Assembly: GCA_046540335.1 (NCBI GenBank)
Contig: JBKHFH010000001.1
Span: 8,045 to 72,044 of the forward strand
Reading direction: 5' to 3'
Length of the DNA: 64,000 nt
Source of the DNA: Thermoplasmata archaeon
GTDB lineage: Archaea > Thermoplasmatota > Thermoplasmata > Halarchaeoplasmatales > Halarchaeoplasmataceae
The notes below the pieces were generated by a model that saw nothing but the letters and a program-made list of their open reading frames with translations, had not been told where the DNA came from and did not search any database. How positions within the stretch are numbered: the first letter of the stretch is position 1; each line of letters opens with the position of its first letter. Made by a program: the position numbers and the translations under genes. Below are positions 50,217 to 60,008 of this stretch, piece by piece.

Positions 50217-50382
50217 GACTCATCCCCTCTTCCAATTTCTCTTTAATAGGTAACGGTTTTCCTTCTGAGATCACGACGACCGAGTCCAGATGATGATCTA
50301 GTCTTTCTACTACAGTCGATACTTTACTATCTTCAGGTATCTCTAACTCTCCTTCACCTTCGATCTTCACTTTAACGGTCAT
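50185..50382 (-). CDS. Ubiquitin-like small archaeal modifier protein / MoaD-ThiS family beta-grasp protein ending in Gly-Gly
   Basis: 65 aa with C-terminus ...LKVVPVVSGG. Last gene of the 4-subunit OFOR operon. Confidence 0.65.
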   Translation of the reverse strand: MTVKVKIEGEGELEIPEDSKVSTVVERLDHHLDSVVVISEGKPLPIKEKLEEGMSLKVVPVVSGG

Positions 50383-50459
50383 GTGCTTCGGGGATTGAAC
50401 TTGAGGTATATAAATCCACAGGACAAGCCAAGGAGTTTTCTGAAGTATGGTATGCTATG

Positions 50460-50987
50460 CTACTTATTGACCTCTTCATAGCCCTTCTTTACAGCCTCGA
50501 TATTGATGCCCTTGTACTTTTCGGGAAACTCTTCACTGACCGTTTTTTTCAGAGCTTCTATGTCGATATTCTCAGAGACTCCAGCCAAAGAGCCAAGTAA
50601 AACTACGTTGGCAGCCTTAGAAGTCGCTATATTTTCTGCGATCTCCCCCGCAGGTATCTCATACACAGTCCCTTGTACTTCCGGCACGCTATGGACTCTC
50701 GAACTGTCGACTATCAGAACATCACATTGTTCAGCGGTATCAGCCCACTCATCTAATGTGTCTTGATACATAACAACCAGATAATCCGGAATATCGATGA
50801 CAAGTTCATCTAACTCTTCTTCATCGGCGATCACATCGGAATACGCTATACCGCTTCTCACAGCTGCTGAATAAGACCTCTGCTGCGCTACATGATAACT
50901 CTGTTCGATAGAGAGAGACTTACCGAGTATGGTCCCGGCACGGACCGTTCCCTGACCGGCCCATCCGCCGATCCTTATCTTCATCAT
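50460..50987 (-). CDS. 2-oxoacid:ferredoxin oxidoreductase gamma subunit
   Basis: IRIGGWAGQGTVRAGTILGK motif. Confidence 0.85.
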   Translation of the reverse strand: MMKIRIGGWAGQGTVRAGTILGKSLSIEQSYHVAQQRSYSAAVRSGIAYSDVIADEEELDELVIDIPDYLVVMYQDTLDEWADTAEQCDVLIVDSSRVHSVPEVQGTVYEIPAGEIAENIATSKAANVVLLGSLAGVSENIDIEALKKTVSEEFPEKYKGINIEAVKKGYEEVNK

Positions 50988-51781
50988 CTCGGCTCACCTC
51001 CGGCTTCTTCGATCTGTCTGTAAATCTCCTCGGTGAGTTCGGGTCTGTCTACCTCGGACAGAGTACCTACGTATATCTTGTCTGTTCCTTCTTCTTTACT
51101 TGTGTTTTCTTTGTACCATTGGAGCATCTCTTTTCCGTCCATACCCATTTTTTTACCTTTCCTAGTAGGACACTGGGTAAGGACTTCTATGAAGGAGAAA
51201 CCATCGGTCTCCATCGCTTTCTTCACTTCTTCTATCAGCTCTTTCATATGGTATGTAGTCCATCGAGCTACATGACCAGCCCCTGCTGCCTTAACCACTT
51301 CTGCGGCCTCGAAACTCGAAGAAGGATTTCCATATGGAGTGGTCAACGTGTCTTCACCGTGTTCCGTTGTCGGTGCGACCTGTCCGCCCGTCATCGCATA
51401 TAAGCCGTTGTTTATCATTAGTACGTTCATATCTATATTGTTTCTAGCTCCGTGGAGTAGATGATTTCCACCTATCCCGGCACAGTCACCGTCACCGGAG
51501 ACGACCATTACTTCTAGGTCTTTATTGCCTATCTTGACCCCGGTAGCGAAAGCGATCGCTCTTCCGTGTGTGGTATGCAGGGTATCGACTCTCCAGTGAG
51601 GTGAAGGGATCCAGGCGGCACAACCTATTCCGCTCACCGCTACTATATTCTCCTTAGAAACATCGCTCTCTTCGACCGCCCTTGACATCGAATTCAGTAC
51701 CATACCTCCGCCACACCCGGGGCAGAAAGGAGAAGGATGTCTTCTGATGTATTTTTCTTTTATATCTTTAGCTTTGATCAT
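50984..51781 (-). CDS. 2-oxoacid:ferredoxin oxidoreductase beta subunit (TPP)
   Basis: CPGCGGG ... GIGCAAW ... SGDGDCAGIGGNHL. Confidence 0.88.
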   Translation of the reverse strand: MIKAKDIKEKYIRRHPSPFCPGCGGGMVLNSMSRAVEESDVSKENIVAVSGIGCAAWIPSPHWRVDTLHTTHGRAIAFATGVKIGNKDLEVMVVSGDGDCAGIGGNHLLHGARNNIDMNVLMINNGLYAMTGGQVAPTTEHGEDTLTTPYGNPSSSFEAAEVVKAAGAGHVARWTTYHMKELIEEVKKAMETDGFSFIEVLTQCPTRKGKKMGMDGKEMLQWYKENTSKEEGTDKIYVGTLSEVDRPELTEEIYRQIEEAGGEPR

Positions 51782-52902
51782 TCTAACACCTCCTTTATCC
51801 TATCATATATCTTGTCTATAGTTGGCAGGGAATTCAACCGGTCAAAGATGTGTAGACCCCCGAATGGAACGGCTCTTTCGACTTCTATCCTGTAGCCTCT
51901 CAAGGATAATTCCGCGAGAAGGATCTCAGAGTTCTCACCGATCTCTTTTAACCTTTCTTGAGGACTCGGCCACATGACTTTAGGTCGGAAGAATCCGACA
52001 TCGTGACCTTCTTCCCTCGCCTTTTTTACGGCTCCTCTCGCTGGTCTCGACATCGAACCGTAAGAAACCACTACCAGATCAGCATCTTCAACGTGTTTTT
52101 CTTCCCAATCTTCGATATCTTCTCGGTTATCTTCTATCTTTGAAACCAATCTTCTAACAAGGTTATCTTGGGCTTCAAAACTTGAGGTGTCTCTAGTTCC
52201 GTCACCAAGGTGAGTCGAGCCTGTAACTAACAACTCTTCTCCATCACCAAAATCTGGCATAGGGGGAACATGGTCCTCCCGATCAGTATCGAAGAACTCC
52301 TTTTCGCCCTCCTCGGGTCTTCTCCTCTCTACAGTTTCTACATCTTCTCTTATCTCCACTTTTTCTCTCATGTGTCCGACTCCAGCGTCAGCTAGGAGTA
52401 TCACTGGAGTCCTGTAACTTTCAGCCAGATTGAACGCCCTTATAGTTAAGTCGAACATCTCCTGTACCGAATTCGGTGAAAGAGCGATTATCTCATAATC
52501 TCCCTGACTTCCGAAGCGGGACTGCATAACGTCTCCCGTTCCAGGTTTAGTAGCCTGCCCCGTAGAGGGTCCGGCTCGCTGAACGTTTACTATCACACAA
52601 GGTGTTTCGGTCATAACCCCGTAACCCAAGTTCTCCTGCATCAGACTGAATCCTGGACCCGACGTGGCGGTCATACTTTTTTGACCCGTCCAGGATGCAC
52701 CTATTATAGAAGCGATACTGCCTATCTCATCTTCCATTTGAACGAATCGCCCCCCGACTTTAGGTAGTTCTCTAGACAAGTGATTCATGATCTCCGAAGC
52801 GGGTGTGATCGGATAACCGGCGTAAAAACCACACCCTGCTCTTAAAGCCCCTTCTGCGCAGGCTATATTTCCTTCCATGAAATACTCTCCAGATTCTTTC
52901 AT
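51778..52902 (-). CDS. 2-oxoacid:ferredoxin oxidoreductase alpha subunit
   Basis: GNIACAEGALRAGCGFYAGYPITPASE motif. Confidence 0.88.
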   Translation of the reverse strand: MKESGEYFMEGNIACAEGALRAGCGFYAGYPITPASEIMNHLSRELPKVGGRFVQMEDEIGSIASIIGASWTGQKSMTATSGPGFSLMQENLGYGVMTETPCVIVNVQRAGPSTGQATKPGTGDVMQSRFGSQGDYEIIALSPNSVQEMFDLTIRAFNLAESYRTPVILLADAGVGHMREKVEIREDVETVERRRPEEGEKEFFDTDREDHVPPMPDFGDGEELLVTGSTHLGDGTRDTSSFEAQDNLVRRLVSKIEDNREDIEDWEEKHVEDADLVVVSYGSMSRPARGAVKKAREEGHDVGFFRPKVMWPSPQERLKEIGENSEILLAELSLRGYRIEVERAVPFGGLHIFDRLNSLPTIDKIYDRIKEVLE

Positions 52903-53126
52903 TCTTCTTCCACCTCTATTGCAAAATCGGGACAGTACAGCTCACATCTGCGACAAACGATACATTCATCTTTAGCTACAACTTCTGGAAAATAATTTCC
53001 ATATTGGTTCAGATCATCCGATTCATCGAGAACATCTTTTGGACAGATCTCTATACAGATACCGCAGCCCGTACAGAGCTCCCTATCTATCTTAATCTTG
53101 CGAGCTTCAGCCATCCTATCAATCAA
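52899..53126 (-). CDS. 2-oxoacid:ferredoxin oxidoreductase delta subunit (2x[4Fe-4S] ferredoxin)
   Basis: CTGCGICIEICP and CIVCRRCELYCP motifs. Confidence 0.85.
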   Translation of the reverse strand: MIDRMAEARKIKIDRELCTGCGICIEICPKDVLDESDDLNQYGNYFPEVVAKDECIVCRRCELYCPDFAIEVEEE

Positions 53127-53168
53127 GTCAAATACCTGATAGATATAAACCTTTTCTATGGATAATGG

Positions 53169-54443
53169 TCAGGAGGGCGGCCATCTACTCCTTTTCAGTA
53201 GATTTTTCTGCTGTTGAGCCTGCGGAGATTTAGGATCAGTTTCAGTTCCGCATCTCTTACATCTGAGTTTATTTTCATCTGTGTATTCCGACGTGGTATA
53301 TCCACAGTTCGGACATGAGTAACCTATAGTGACACCGGCCGTATGGTCTTCCGCCTCGCCAATCAATTCACTCTCTCTTTTATGGGTCCCCTCAGGTTTC
53401 TCTTCTTCTTGCCCTGACGTGATCCATCTATTGAATTTTTTGATATAAGCGTAGGTATAATAGGCTCCAACAGCCATCCAGAATAAAATAATCAATGATA
53501 AAATAGTATTGAAGTTCGGAATATACATCATCTTATCAGGTACAGATAGGAAGTCCCAAACGAAATGTACCAATATTGCAGAATGTAGACCGTCTTTGAC
53601 GAACAGATAGCCGAAGAATATCCCTGCGGGCAGTACCTGGATGACCTTCAACGGGTCCCAGTTCCATCCTGGGAGGTGCGCCATGGCGAAGATTATAGTA
53701 GATATTATGACCAGAATTACCGAAAAACGATCTTCAAAACCGAATCCGCCGAGTGGATACTTTCTGAGTTTTTTCCTTCCTTTAACAGCTGCGTATATGA
53801 CCATTGGCAGCCCTATGTAAGCCACTCTGACGATTATCTCCTCCCATACCGCGGCCTCCGTGAGACTGAAAATCCTTCTCCAGAGAGGCATCTCTAAAAA
53901 TTGACCAGGTGTTTCTATCCCTCTGCCGGTGAACTCAAGCAGTATAACGTAAAGGTAACTGATGAATATGAGGGCAGCAAAGACGGTCGCCAATCTCAGT
54001 ATCGGAGATGAAGTCTCGCTGTAATTTTTCTCTAGTTGATCGAATTTTCCGTCCAAAACAGATTTGATGTATGATACCAATCCGTCCCAACCCGTATAGA
54101 ATATCATCGCATAGGATAGTAATATAGATACGACCAAGAATAGGTAGTAAATTGCGAACGCATAACCGGTAAGTTCCGTTATCCTGAGTCCAAATGGGAT
54201 CAAGATGAACAATATGGTCCCACTGTTCAAGGTTTCTGGATATATCAAATCAGTCGAAAGGAGCAGGAGTCCAGTATTGAGTACGAGGTAACCTAGAAAT
54301 AATACTAGAGCGATAGTTGTTACCAACGCCTTCAATTTTCTTGTAATGCCTTTTTTATCGGCCGTCCTTTTAGTCGCAACGGTATAGCCGCAGTTAGGGC
54401 ATCTGCTGCCAGTCATCTCCGATGAACATAGTGGACATTCCAT
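53169..54443 (-). CDS. CPBP-family (CAAX/Abi-type) intramembrane glutamic metalloprotease with zinc-ribbon domains at both termini
   Basis: Motif 1 EEIIVR, motif 2 FAMAHL, motif 3 HFVWD. N-terminal CPLC...CPNCG and C-terminal CPNCG...CKRCG. Confidence 0.7.
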   Translation of the reverse strand: MECPLCSSEMTGSRCPNCGYTVATKRTADKKGITRKLKALVTTIALVLFLGYLVLNTGLLLLSTDLIYPETLNSGTILFILIPFGLRITELTGYAFAIYYLFLVVSILLSYAMIFYTGWDGLVSYIKSVLDGKFDQLEKNYSETSSPILRLATVFAALIFISYLYVILLEFTGRGIETPGQFLEMPLWRRIFSLTEAAVWEEIIVRVAYIGLPMVIYAAVKGRKKLRKYPLGGFGFEDRFSVILVIISTIIFAMAHLPGWNWDPLKVIQVLPAGIFFGYLFVKDGLHSAILVHFVWDFLSVPDKMMYIPNFNTILSLIILFWMAVGAYYTYAYIKKFNRWITSGQEEEKPEGTHKRESELIGEAEDHTAGVTIGYSCPNCGYTTSEYTDENKLRCKRCGTETDPKSPQAQQQKNLLKRSRWPPS

Positions 54444-54532
54444 CGGAACCGTATATTAATGGTGTGTATAAATGGTTTGCCTTCTGCTAGAAGGGTAAAA
54501 TTTTTAAAAAGAAAAAAAGAGAGGTTTTATTC

Positions 54533-56149
54533 TTACTTCTTTACTTCAGTAGGAACTATCTTTTCTAGTTCATCATCTTCTAACTTCTCTTCGAGTTGAT
54601 CTCTCAAACGGAACTTCTGTACTTTTCCTCTTCCGGATACCGGTAAACTGTCCGTGACAGTCACGTACCGTGGTACCTTTGCACTTGCTATCTCACCGTA
54701 CACGAAGTCGACTACATCCTGCGCTGTGATATCGCTGTTCTCGGTCGGAACGACAGCTGCAGCCACAACTTCACCCAGTTCATCGTCCGGCACACCCACG
54801 ACCGCGACTTCCTGGATCTCTTCATGCTCTATAAGATACTCTTCTATCTCTCTGGGGTAAACATTGAGCCCGCCGACGATCACCATATCTTTCTTTCTAC
54901 CGACTATCTTCACATAACCTCTTTCGTCCATCTCAGCGAGATCACCTGAATGAAGCCATCCGTCTTCTATCGTCTCTTCCGTTGCTTCAGGCTTGTTGTA
55001 ATATCCTTTCATAACATTGTATCCTTTGACTAGAAGTTCACCCGTCTCATCTGTTCCAACCTCCTCACCAGTATCGTCGACTATCTTGATCTCCTGATCG
55101 GGCATGACTGTTCCAACAGTTTCCACTCTGTCCTCGATCGAGTCGTCCAATCTTGTCATAGTGACACCCGGTGAGGCTTCGGTAAGCCCGTAAGTAATCA
55201 GGACATTACAGCCCATATCGTTTATCACGGATTTCATCGTCTCTACTGGGCAGCTAGAACCAGCCATGATACCTGTTCTTAGACTGCTTGTATCATAGTC
55301 CTCTTCCTTCAGTACCTCTAACTGTCTGATGAACATGGTAGGGACGCCGTGTATCATAGTCGCTTCTTCCTCTTCGACCAGCTCTAGAGCGTTGTGCGGT
55401 TCGAATTCGACAAGTGGGATCATCGTACCTCCGAATACTGTCATCAGGGTGATACTCATCACGTTGCCGAAACAGTGCGTGAACGGAACCGGTATGACCA
55501 GTCTATCTTTTTGACTGGTTTCTAAAATTCTGCCCTGATCATGTGCGTTCTTCACTATCTGATAGTGGGAAAGCATAACACCTTTCGGTTTACCGGTGGT
55601 CCCTGAAGTGTAAAGGATGAAAGTCACATCGTCTGGATCGGTCTCCTCTTTCCTCTTGAGGTAATCTTCGTCGTCTCTCCAATCTTTCCCTCTTTCATAA
55701 GCTTCATCGAAACTGAAAGAATCGAATTCTTCACTTTCTCCGTCGATCATAACGAGCGTTTCTAACTTATCCAACTCGGATCTTTTATCTTCAAGTACCT
55801 CTAAGAAGTTGTACTTTCCGTATTCATCCGTCGTTATCACCGCTTTCGTATCGGAATCGTTGAACATGTATTCTATCTCCCCGCCCTTGTACCAGGGGTC
55901 CGTAGGAACAACCACAGCGCCGATCTTAGGTACGGCGAACCAGGCGACGACCCATTCAGGTAGATTCGGGAGATAGATGGCAACTTTATCATCTCTTCCT
56001 ATCCCTCTTTTCATAAGAAAGTGCGCCAGTCTTTCCGCTTTTTCATTTAACTCCTCATAAGTGATCCGTCTGTCTTCAAATATGATAGCTTCTTCATCTG
56101 GATGTTCTTCGGCCTTATCCTGTAATAATCGGCCTATCGTTGTTTTCAT
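54533..56149 (-). CDS. AMP-dependent acyl-CoA synthetase/ligase
   Basis: YTSGTTGKPKGV AMP-binding motif. ANL superfamily fold throughout. Confidence 0.88.
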   Translation of the reverse strand: MKTTIGRLLQDKAEEHPDEEAIIFEDRRITYEELNEKAERLAHFLMKRGIGRDDKVAIYLPNLPEWVVAWFAVPKIGAVVVPTDPWYKGGEIEYMFNDSDTKAVITTDEYGKYNFLEVLEDKRSELDKLETLVMIDGESEEFDSFSFDEAYERGKDWRDDEDYLKRKEETDPDDVTFILYTSGTTGKPKGVMLSHYQIVKNAHDQGRILETSQKDRLVIPVPFTHCFGNVMSITLMTVFGGTMIPLVEFEPHNALELVEEEEATMIHGVPTMFIRQLEVLKEEDYDTSSLRTGIMAGSSCPVETMKSVINDMGCNVLITYGLTEASPGVTMTRLDDSIEDRVETVGTVMPDQEIKIVDDTGEEVGTDETGELLVKGYNVMKGYYNKPEATEETIEDGWLHSGDLAEMDERGYVKIVGRKKDMVIVGGLNVYPREIEEYLIEHEEIQEVAVVGVPDDELGEVVAAAVVPTENSDITAQDVVDFVYGEIASAKVPRYVTVTDSLPVSGRGKVQKFRLRDQLEEKLEDDELEKIVPTEVKK

Positions 56150-56226
56150 AGGTTTTACACCTCTTGGAACTGGAATAAAAATAAGAGATATAAGTGTTAT
56201 GATTCTCTATATATTTAAAATATAAT

Positions 56227-56979
56227 TTATATTTTCCTTCCTATAACAACATATCCTGTATGCCCCAGCATATCGTAAGACGGCCTTACAGAACCCTTTC
56301 TAACTACCATGTTTCTCTCTATATTTTCGAAGGTTTTTATATCTATGTAGTTCCTCTCCCTCAAGCTTGTAGTTATTTTTTCAAGTTGATTCACCGTAGG
56401 GATGTAAGAAGCAAAAAAGCTTCCGCCTTTTAGGATATCCTCAGCTGTATCTAGAGCCTTCCAGGGTTCAGGAATATCTAGAATGAAAAGATCGACTTCT
56501 TCTTCGTCCACGTCTCCCGTTACGTCCCCCTGCTTGATGGTAGTAACATCGTCCAATCCGATCCTACTCAAGTTCTTTTTAGCAGTTTTTATCGAATCCT
56601 CTTCAAGTTCATATGTGATTACTTCGCCTTCGGGTCGGACCATCTGGGATAGGACCGCGGTCAAGGCACCTGAACCTGCTCCACCTTCTACGACTTTTTT
56701 CCCGCTCGTCAGATCGCAGTATGTGGAGATCAGCCCACCGATCCTGGGAAGTATTATCTGAGCGCCCCTATCGAATATCTCCGGTATATCTTTCAAAGAG
56801 GGCTCTAAAAGATGATAGTTTTGTTTACCGAGGTCTATTTTTTCACCCCATTCAGATCCGATCAATCTTTCAGTGTTCACTATCCCTATATCAGATATCT
56901 TTTTGGTATCACCGTCAGCCAAGCAGATATGTTTATCATCTTTAGACCACAGCATCACGATATTTCCCTTTTCGATCAT
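56227..56979 (-). CDS. trmI: tRNA (adenine-N1)-methyltransferase TrmI (GCD14 family)
   Basis: VVEGGAGSGALT SAM motif. N-terminal beta-barrel domain. Confidence 0.8.
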   Translation of the reverse strand: MIEKGNIVMLWSKDDKHICLADGDTKKISDIGIVNTERLIGSEWGEKIDLGKQNYHLLEPSLKDIPEIFDRGAQIILPRIGGLISTYCDLTSGKKVVEGGAGSGALTAVLSQMVRPEGEVITYELEEDSIKTAKKNLSRIGLDDVTTIKQGDVTGDVDEEEVDLFILDIPEPWKALDTAEDILKGGSFFASYIPTVNQLEKITTSLRERNYIDIKTFENIERNMVVRKGSVRPSYDMLGHTGYVVIGRKI

Positions 56980-57101
56980 CTTCTCTCAGCTCGGATTGCT
57001 CTCAAGAGGAAAAGGATATTTAATTTTACGTATGCAGAAAGAAAAATCTTCTGACTTCCGTGCGAAAACCATTTTAAAATGTATCTATTAACCCGAAGAG
57101 T

Positions 57102-58067
57102 ATGGAAGGACAAGAGATCATAAAGGAATTCAGAGATGATTTTTATTCGATGGTCTCTCAGATCCCTGAAGGCAGAGTTACAACCTACGGTGCTTTGGCG
57201 GAAAGTCTAGGAGACAAGATCGCGGCGAGAGCCGTTGGAAAGATGTTGAATCAAAATCCAAATCTTATCGAAGTGCCTTGTCACCGGGTGGTTAGGTCGA
57301 ATGGAGAACTCGGCGGCTTCGGTATGGGCGAGGCGAAGAAAAAAGAACTTTTGAACAGTGAAGGGATCGAGATAGAGGACAGGCAAGTTTTGGACTTTGA
57401 AGAGAAATTTTTTGCTGATTTCGACTCCGACAGACCTCTGGAAGAACTCAGAGCTATACAACATAAGATAAGAAAAAAAGTTTCGCTCGAGAACCTGGAA
57501 AATGAGCCGGACCTGATCGCTGGAGTCGATGTTTCTTACTCTCATCCGGAGGCATATGCAGCTCTTTCTCTATGGTCGGAAGGCGAAGAGATAGATGTTT
57601 TTACGGTTGAAGTCGAAATGACCTTTCCCTACATACCCACCTATCTGGCATTTAGAGAAGTACCTTGTTTTCTCAAAGTTTTAAAGAAGGTTGAACCTGC
57701 TCCCGATGTGATATTGGTAGACGGTAACGGGGTTATGCACCCTAAAAGAGCGGGATCCGCTTCACATCTTGGGGTAGAAGCGGATCTACCGACCATAGGG
57801 GTCGCAAAGAGTCAACTCTGCGGCCGAGTGATAAGTGACGTAACCAGAGAGAACCGTGTCGCCGAGGTTAGAGATGATGGGGGATTGATGGGTTATGCCG
57901 TCTTGGAAGGAAATAAAGCAAAAAATCCTATATATGTCTCCCCCGGTCATCATGTTGCGTATGAAAAAGCGGTCCGTATAGTAAGAGATTACTGCAAGCA
58001 TAAAATTCCAGAACCTATAAGAAAGGCTCATAAAGAAGCTCAAAAAAGGAGGAAAAAAGATGGATAA
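57102..58067 (+). CDS. Bifunctional O6-alkylguanine-DNA alkyltransferase domain - endonuclease V fusion
   Basis: The N-terminal 90 aa carry the MGMT helix-turn-helix and active site PCHRVV. The C-terminal about 220 aa carry EndoV motifs (GVDVSY, ILVDGNG, HPKRAG). Confidence 0.8.
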   Translation: MEGQEIIKEFRDDFYSMVSQIPEGRVTTYGALAESLGDKIAARAVGKMLNQNPNLIEVPCHRVVRSNGELGGFGMGEAKKKELLNSEGIEIEDRQVLDFEEKFFADFDSDRPLEELRAIQHKIRKKVSLENLENEPDLIAGVDVSYSHPEAYAALSLWSEGEEIDVFTVEVEMTFPYIPTYLAFREVPCFLKVLKKVEPAPDVILVDGNGVMHPKRAGSASHLGVEADLPTIGVAKSQLCGRVISDVTRENRVAEVRDDGGLMGYAVLEGNKAKNPIYVSPGHHVAYEKAVRIVRDYCKHKIPEPIRKAHKEAQKRRKKDG

Positions 58068-59097
58068 AATACCGTTGTTCTTTCATGAAAAATACGGAGA
58101 TTACAGTTTTGGAAAGTTTCATCCCTTCAACCCGAACAGGTTCCCGAAGTTCATAGAAGAGATAAAAAAAGAGGAACGGATGATATCTGAAGTAGAGATA
58201 AGGGAAGCGCCTTTTGCAGACGACGAGATTCTTCAGACCGTCCATGATATCGAGTATATCAAAGAGGTTGAGGAGAAAGAGAAATCCGGCGGTTCCTTGA
58301 CCATGGATACACCTGTGAAAAAAGGTTCTCCAGATGCAGGGAGAAGAATTGTTGGAGGCAGCCTTGAAGCGGCGAAGATGATGGAGGAGCATGAATTTGC
58401 TATAAATCTGGGCGGTCTTCACCACGCTGGAAGAAGTTCCGGCGAAGGCTTCTGCATCTTTAACGATGTTGCCGTCGCTGCACAGTACCTTTTAGACCAG
58501 GGAAAAACTGTCGTCATATTCGATACTGATGCGCATCAGGGTAATGGAACCTTTGATATATTTCGCAAACATCCTAGAGTCCTTTTCATCTCGATCCATC
58601 AAGATCCCTCGACCATGTATCCTGGACGTGGATTCGTAAACGAGATAGGAGAGGGTGAAGGTAAAGGTTATAAGATAAACATACCCATGCCCAGAGATTC
58701 CAATATCGCAGATTACCATCACGCTATTAGTGAAGTCGTCGAGCCAGTAGTGGATCAGTTTTCCCCCGATGTTCTCATACGCAACGGCGGTTCTGACCCG
58801 CACCATTCGGATTCTCTCACCGACTTGGCCTTGGATATGAACGGTTTGAAGTATCTTGGGGAGAAGAGCAGGAACATGGCCAAGAAGAACAATGCAGGTT
58901 ACATCGACCTCATGCTTTCCGGATACGGTCGAAGAGTGGTAGAGGGCTGGAAAGCCATAACGATCGGAACCCTTGGTGTAGACGTCCCAGTTCCTACTGA
59001 TCAAAGGATAGGAAATCTTGATTATGAACCAAAGAAGGAATTAGTCGCCAATATCGATGAACTGAAAAAGATCCTGGAGAACTATTGGGAGCTTTAA
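58060..59097 (+). CDS. Histone deacetylase-superfamily protein (AcuC / acetylpolyamine amidohydrolase-like)
   Basis: GFCIFNDVAVA and DTDAHQGNGT metal-site motifs. Confidence 0.85.
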   Translation: MDKIPLFFHEKYGDYSFGKFHPFNPNRFPKFIEEIKKEERMISEVEIREAPFADDEILQTVHDIEYIKEVEEKEKSGGSLTMDTPVKKGSPDAGRRIVGGSLEAAKMMEEHEFAINLGGLHHAGRSSGEGFCIFNDVAVAAQYLLDQGKTVVIFDTDAHQGNGTFDIFRKHPRVLFISIHQDPSTMYPGRGFVNEIGEGEGKGYKINIPMPRDSNIADYHHAISEVVEPVVDQFSPDVLIRNGGSDPHHSDSLTDLALDMNGLKYLGEKSRNMAKKNNAGYIDLMLSGYGRRVVEGWKAITIGTLGVDVPVPTDQRIGNLDYEPKKELVANIDELKKILENYWEL

Positions 59098-59111
59098 ATC
59101 CTTATTCATTC

Positions 59112-60008
59112 TCATATTTTAGTGGTCACTTTACATCCTTTACCGGTGACTATTACCGTGTGTTCCCGCTGACTTATCAGGCCGTTCTTTCTTTCACTGA
59201 GTACGGGATAATTCATGACCACGCCAAACCTCTTAAGCCTCTGGAGCAGATTTTTATAATTACCCCCATATTCTCTGCACCATCTTCCAGCGAACGGCAG
59301 CTCGTCAAAATTTTCTTTTATCCATTCGTAAAAGTGAAGGTCCTCTCCATCGATATTTCTCTTTTTTTTCAGTCGATAGATGTCGCCAGACTCGCTATCT
59401 TTGACTCTCCCGTGACCGTCGGTAGCGAAAGGTTCTATCGCGAGTACCATACCTTTTTTTATCTTTTTCCATCCTTTGGGAACATTGGGTATAGATGTTC
59501 CCGTGTGTAGTACGTACTGTTTCACCTCGTGCCCACTGAGATTTGAGATGGGATTGAATCCTCTATCCTGGATAACTCTCTCTATGTTCTTCCCTATGTC
59601 CCTGGTTCTCACTCCTGGCCTGATGCTCTTGATAGCTATGTCCAATGCCTCCTCCGAAGCTTTGATCAGTGATCGATGCCGGTTAGTACCAATCTCTACA
59701 GTAAGAGCGTTGTCAGCTATGTAACCGTCCACATGGCAACCTACATCTATCTTGACTATATCGCCTTCCTTGAACACTTTGTCGTCGTCTTCCACGGGCG
59801 TATAATGTGCGCCTACAGAATTGACGCTTATGTTCGTGGGAAAAGCCGGTTTTGCTCCGTATTCTGCAATAACTTCTTCAGTTCTCTCTGCAACTTCGAG
59901 ATAACTGACACTCTCCTCGCAAACCTTCTTTCCCTCTTCGAGAGCTTTTCGGGCGATCTTGCCCGCCCGAATGTATTTTTTGATGATTTCAGAATCCAAT
60001 TTTATCAC
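59112..60008 (-). CDS. map: Methionine aminopeptidase, type 2 (archaeal MAP2)
   Basis: Pita-bread fold metal ligands (DVGCHVDGYIAD). Length of about 300 aa. Confidence 0.85.
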   Translation of the reverse strand: MIKLDSEIIKKYIRAGKIARKALEEGKKVCEESVSYLEVAERTEEVIAEYGAKPAFPTNISVNSVGAHYTPVEDDDKVFKEGDIVKIDVGCHVDGYIADNALTVEIGTNRHRSLIKASEEALDIAIKSIRPGVRTRDIGKNIERVIQDRGFNPISNLSGHEVKQYVLHTGTSIPNVPKGWKKIKKGMVLAIEPFATDGHGRVKDSESGDIYRLKKKRNIDGEDLHFYEWIKENFDELPFAGRWCREYGGNYKNLLQRLKRFGVVMNYPVLSERKNGLISQREHTVIVTGKGCKVTTKI

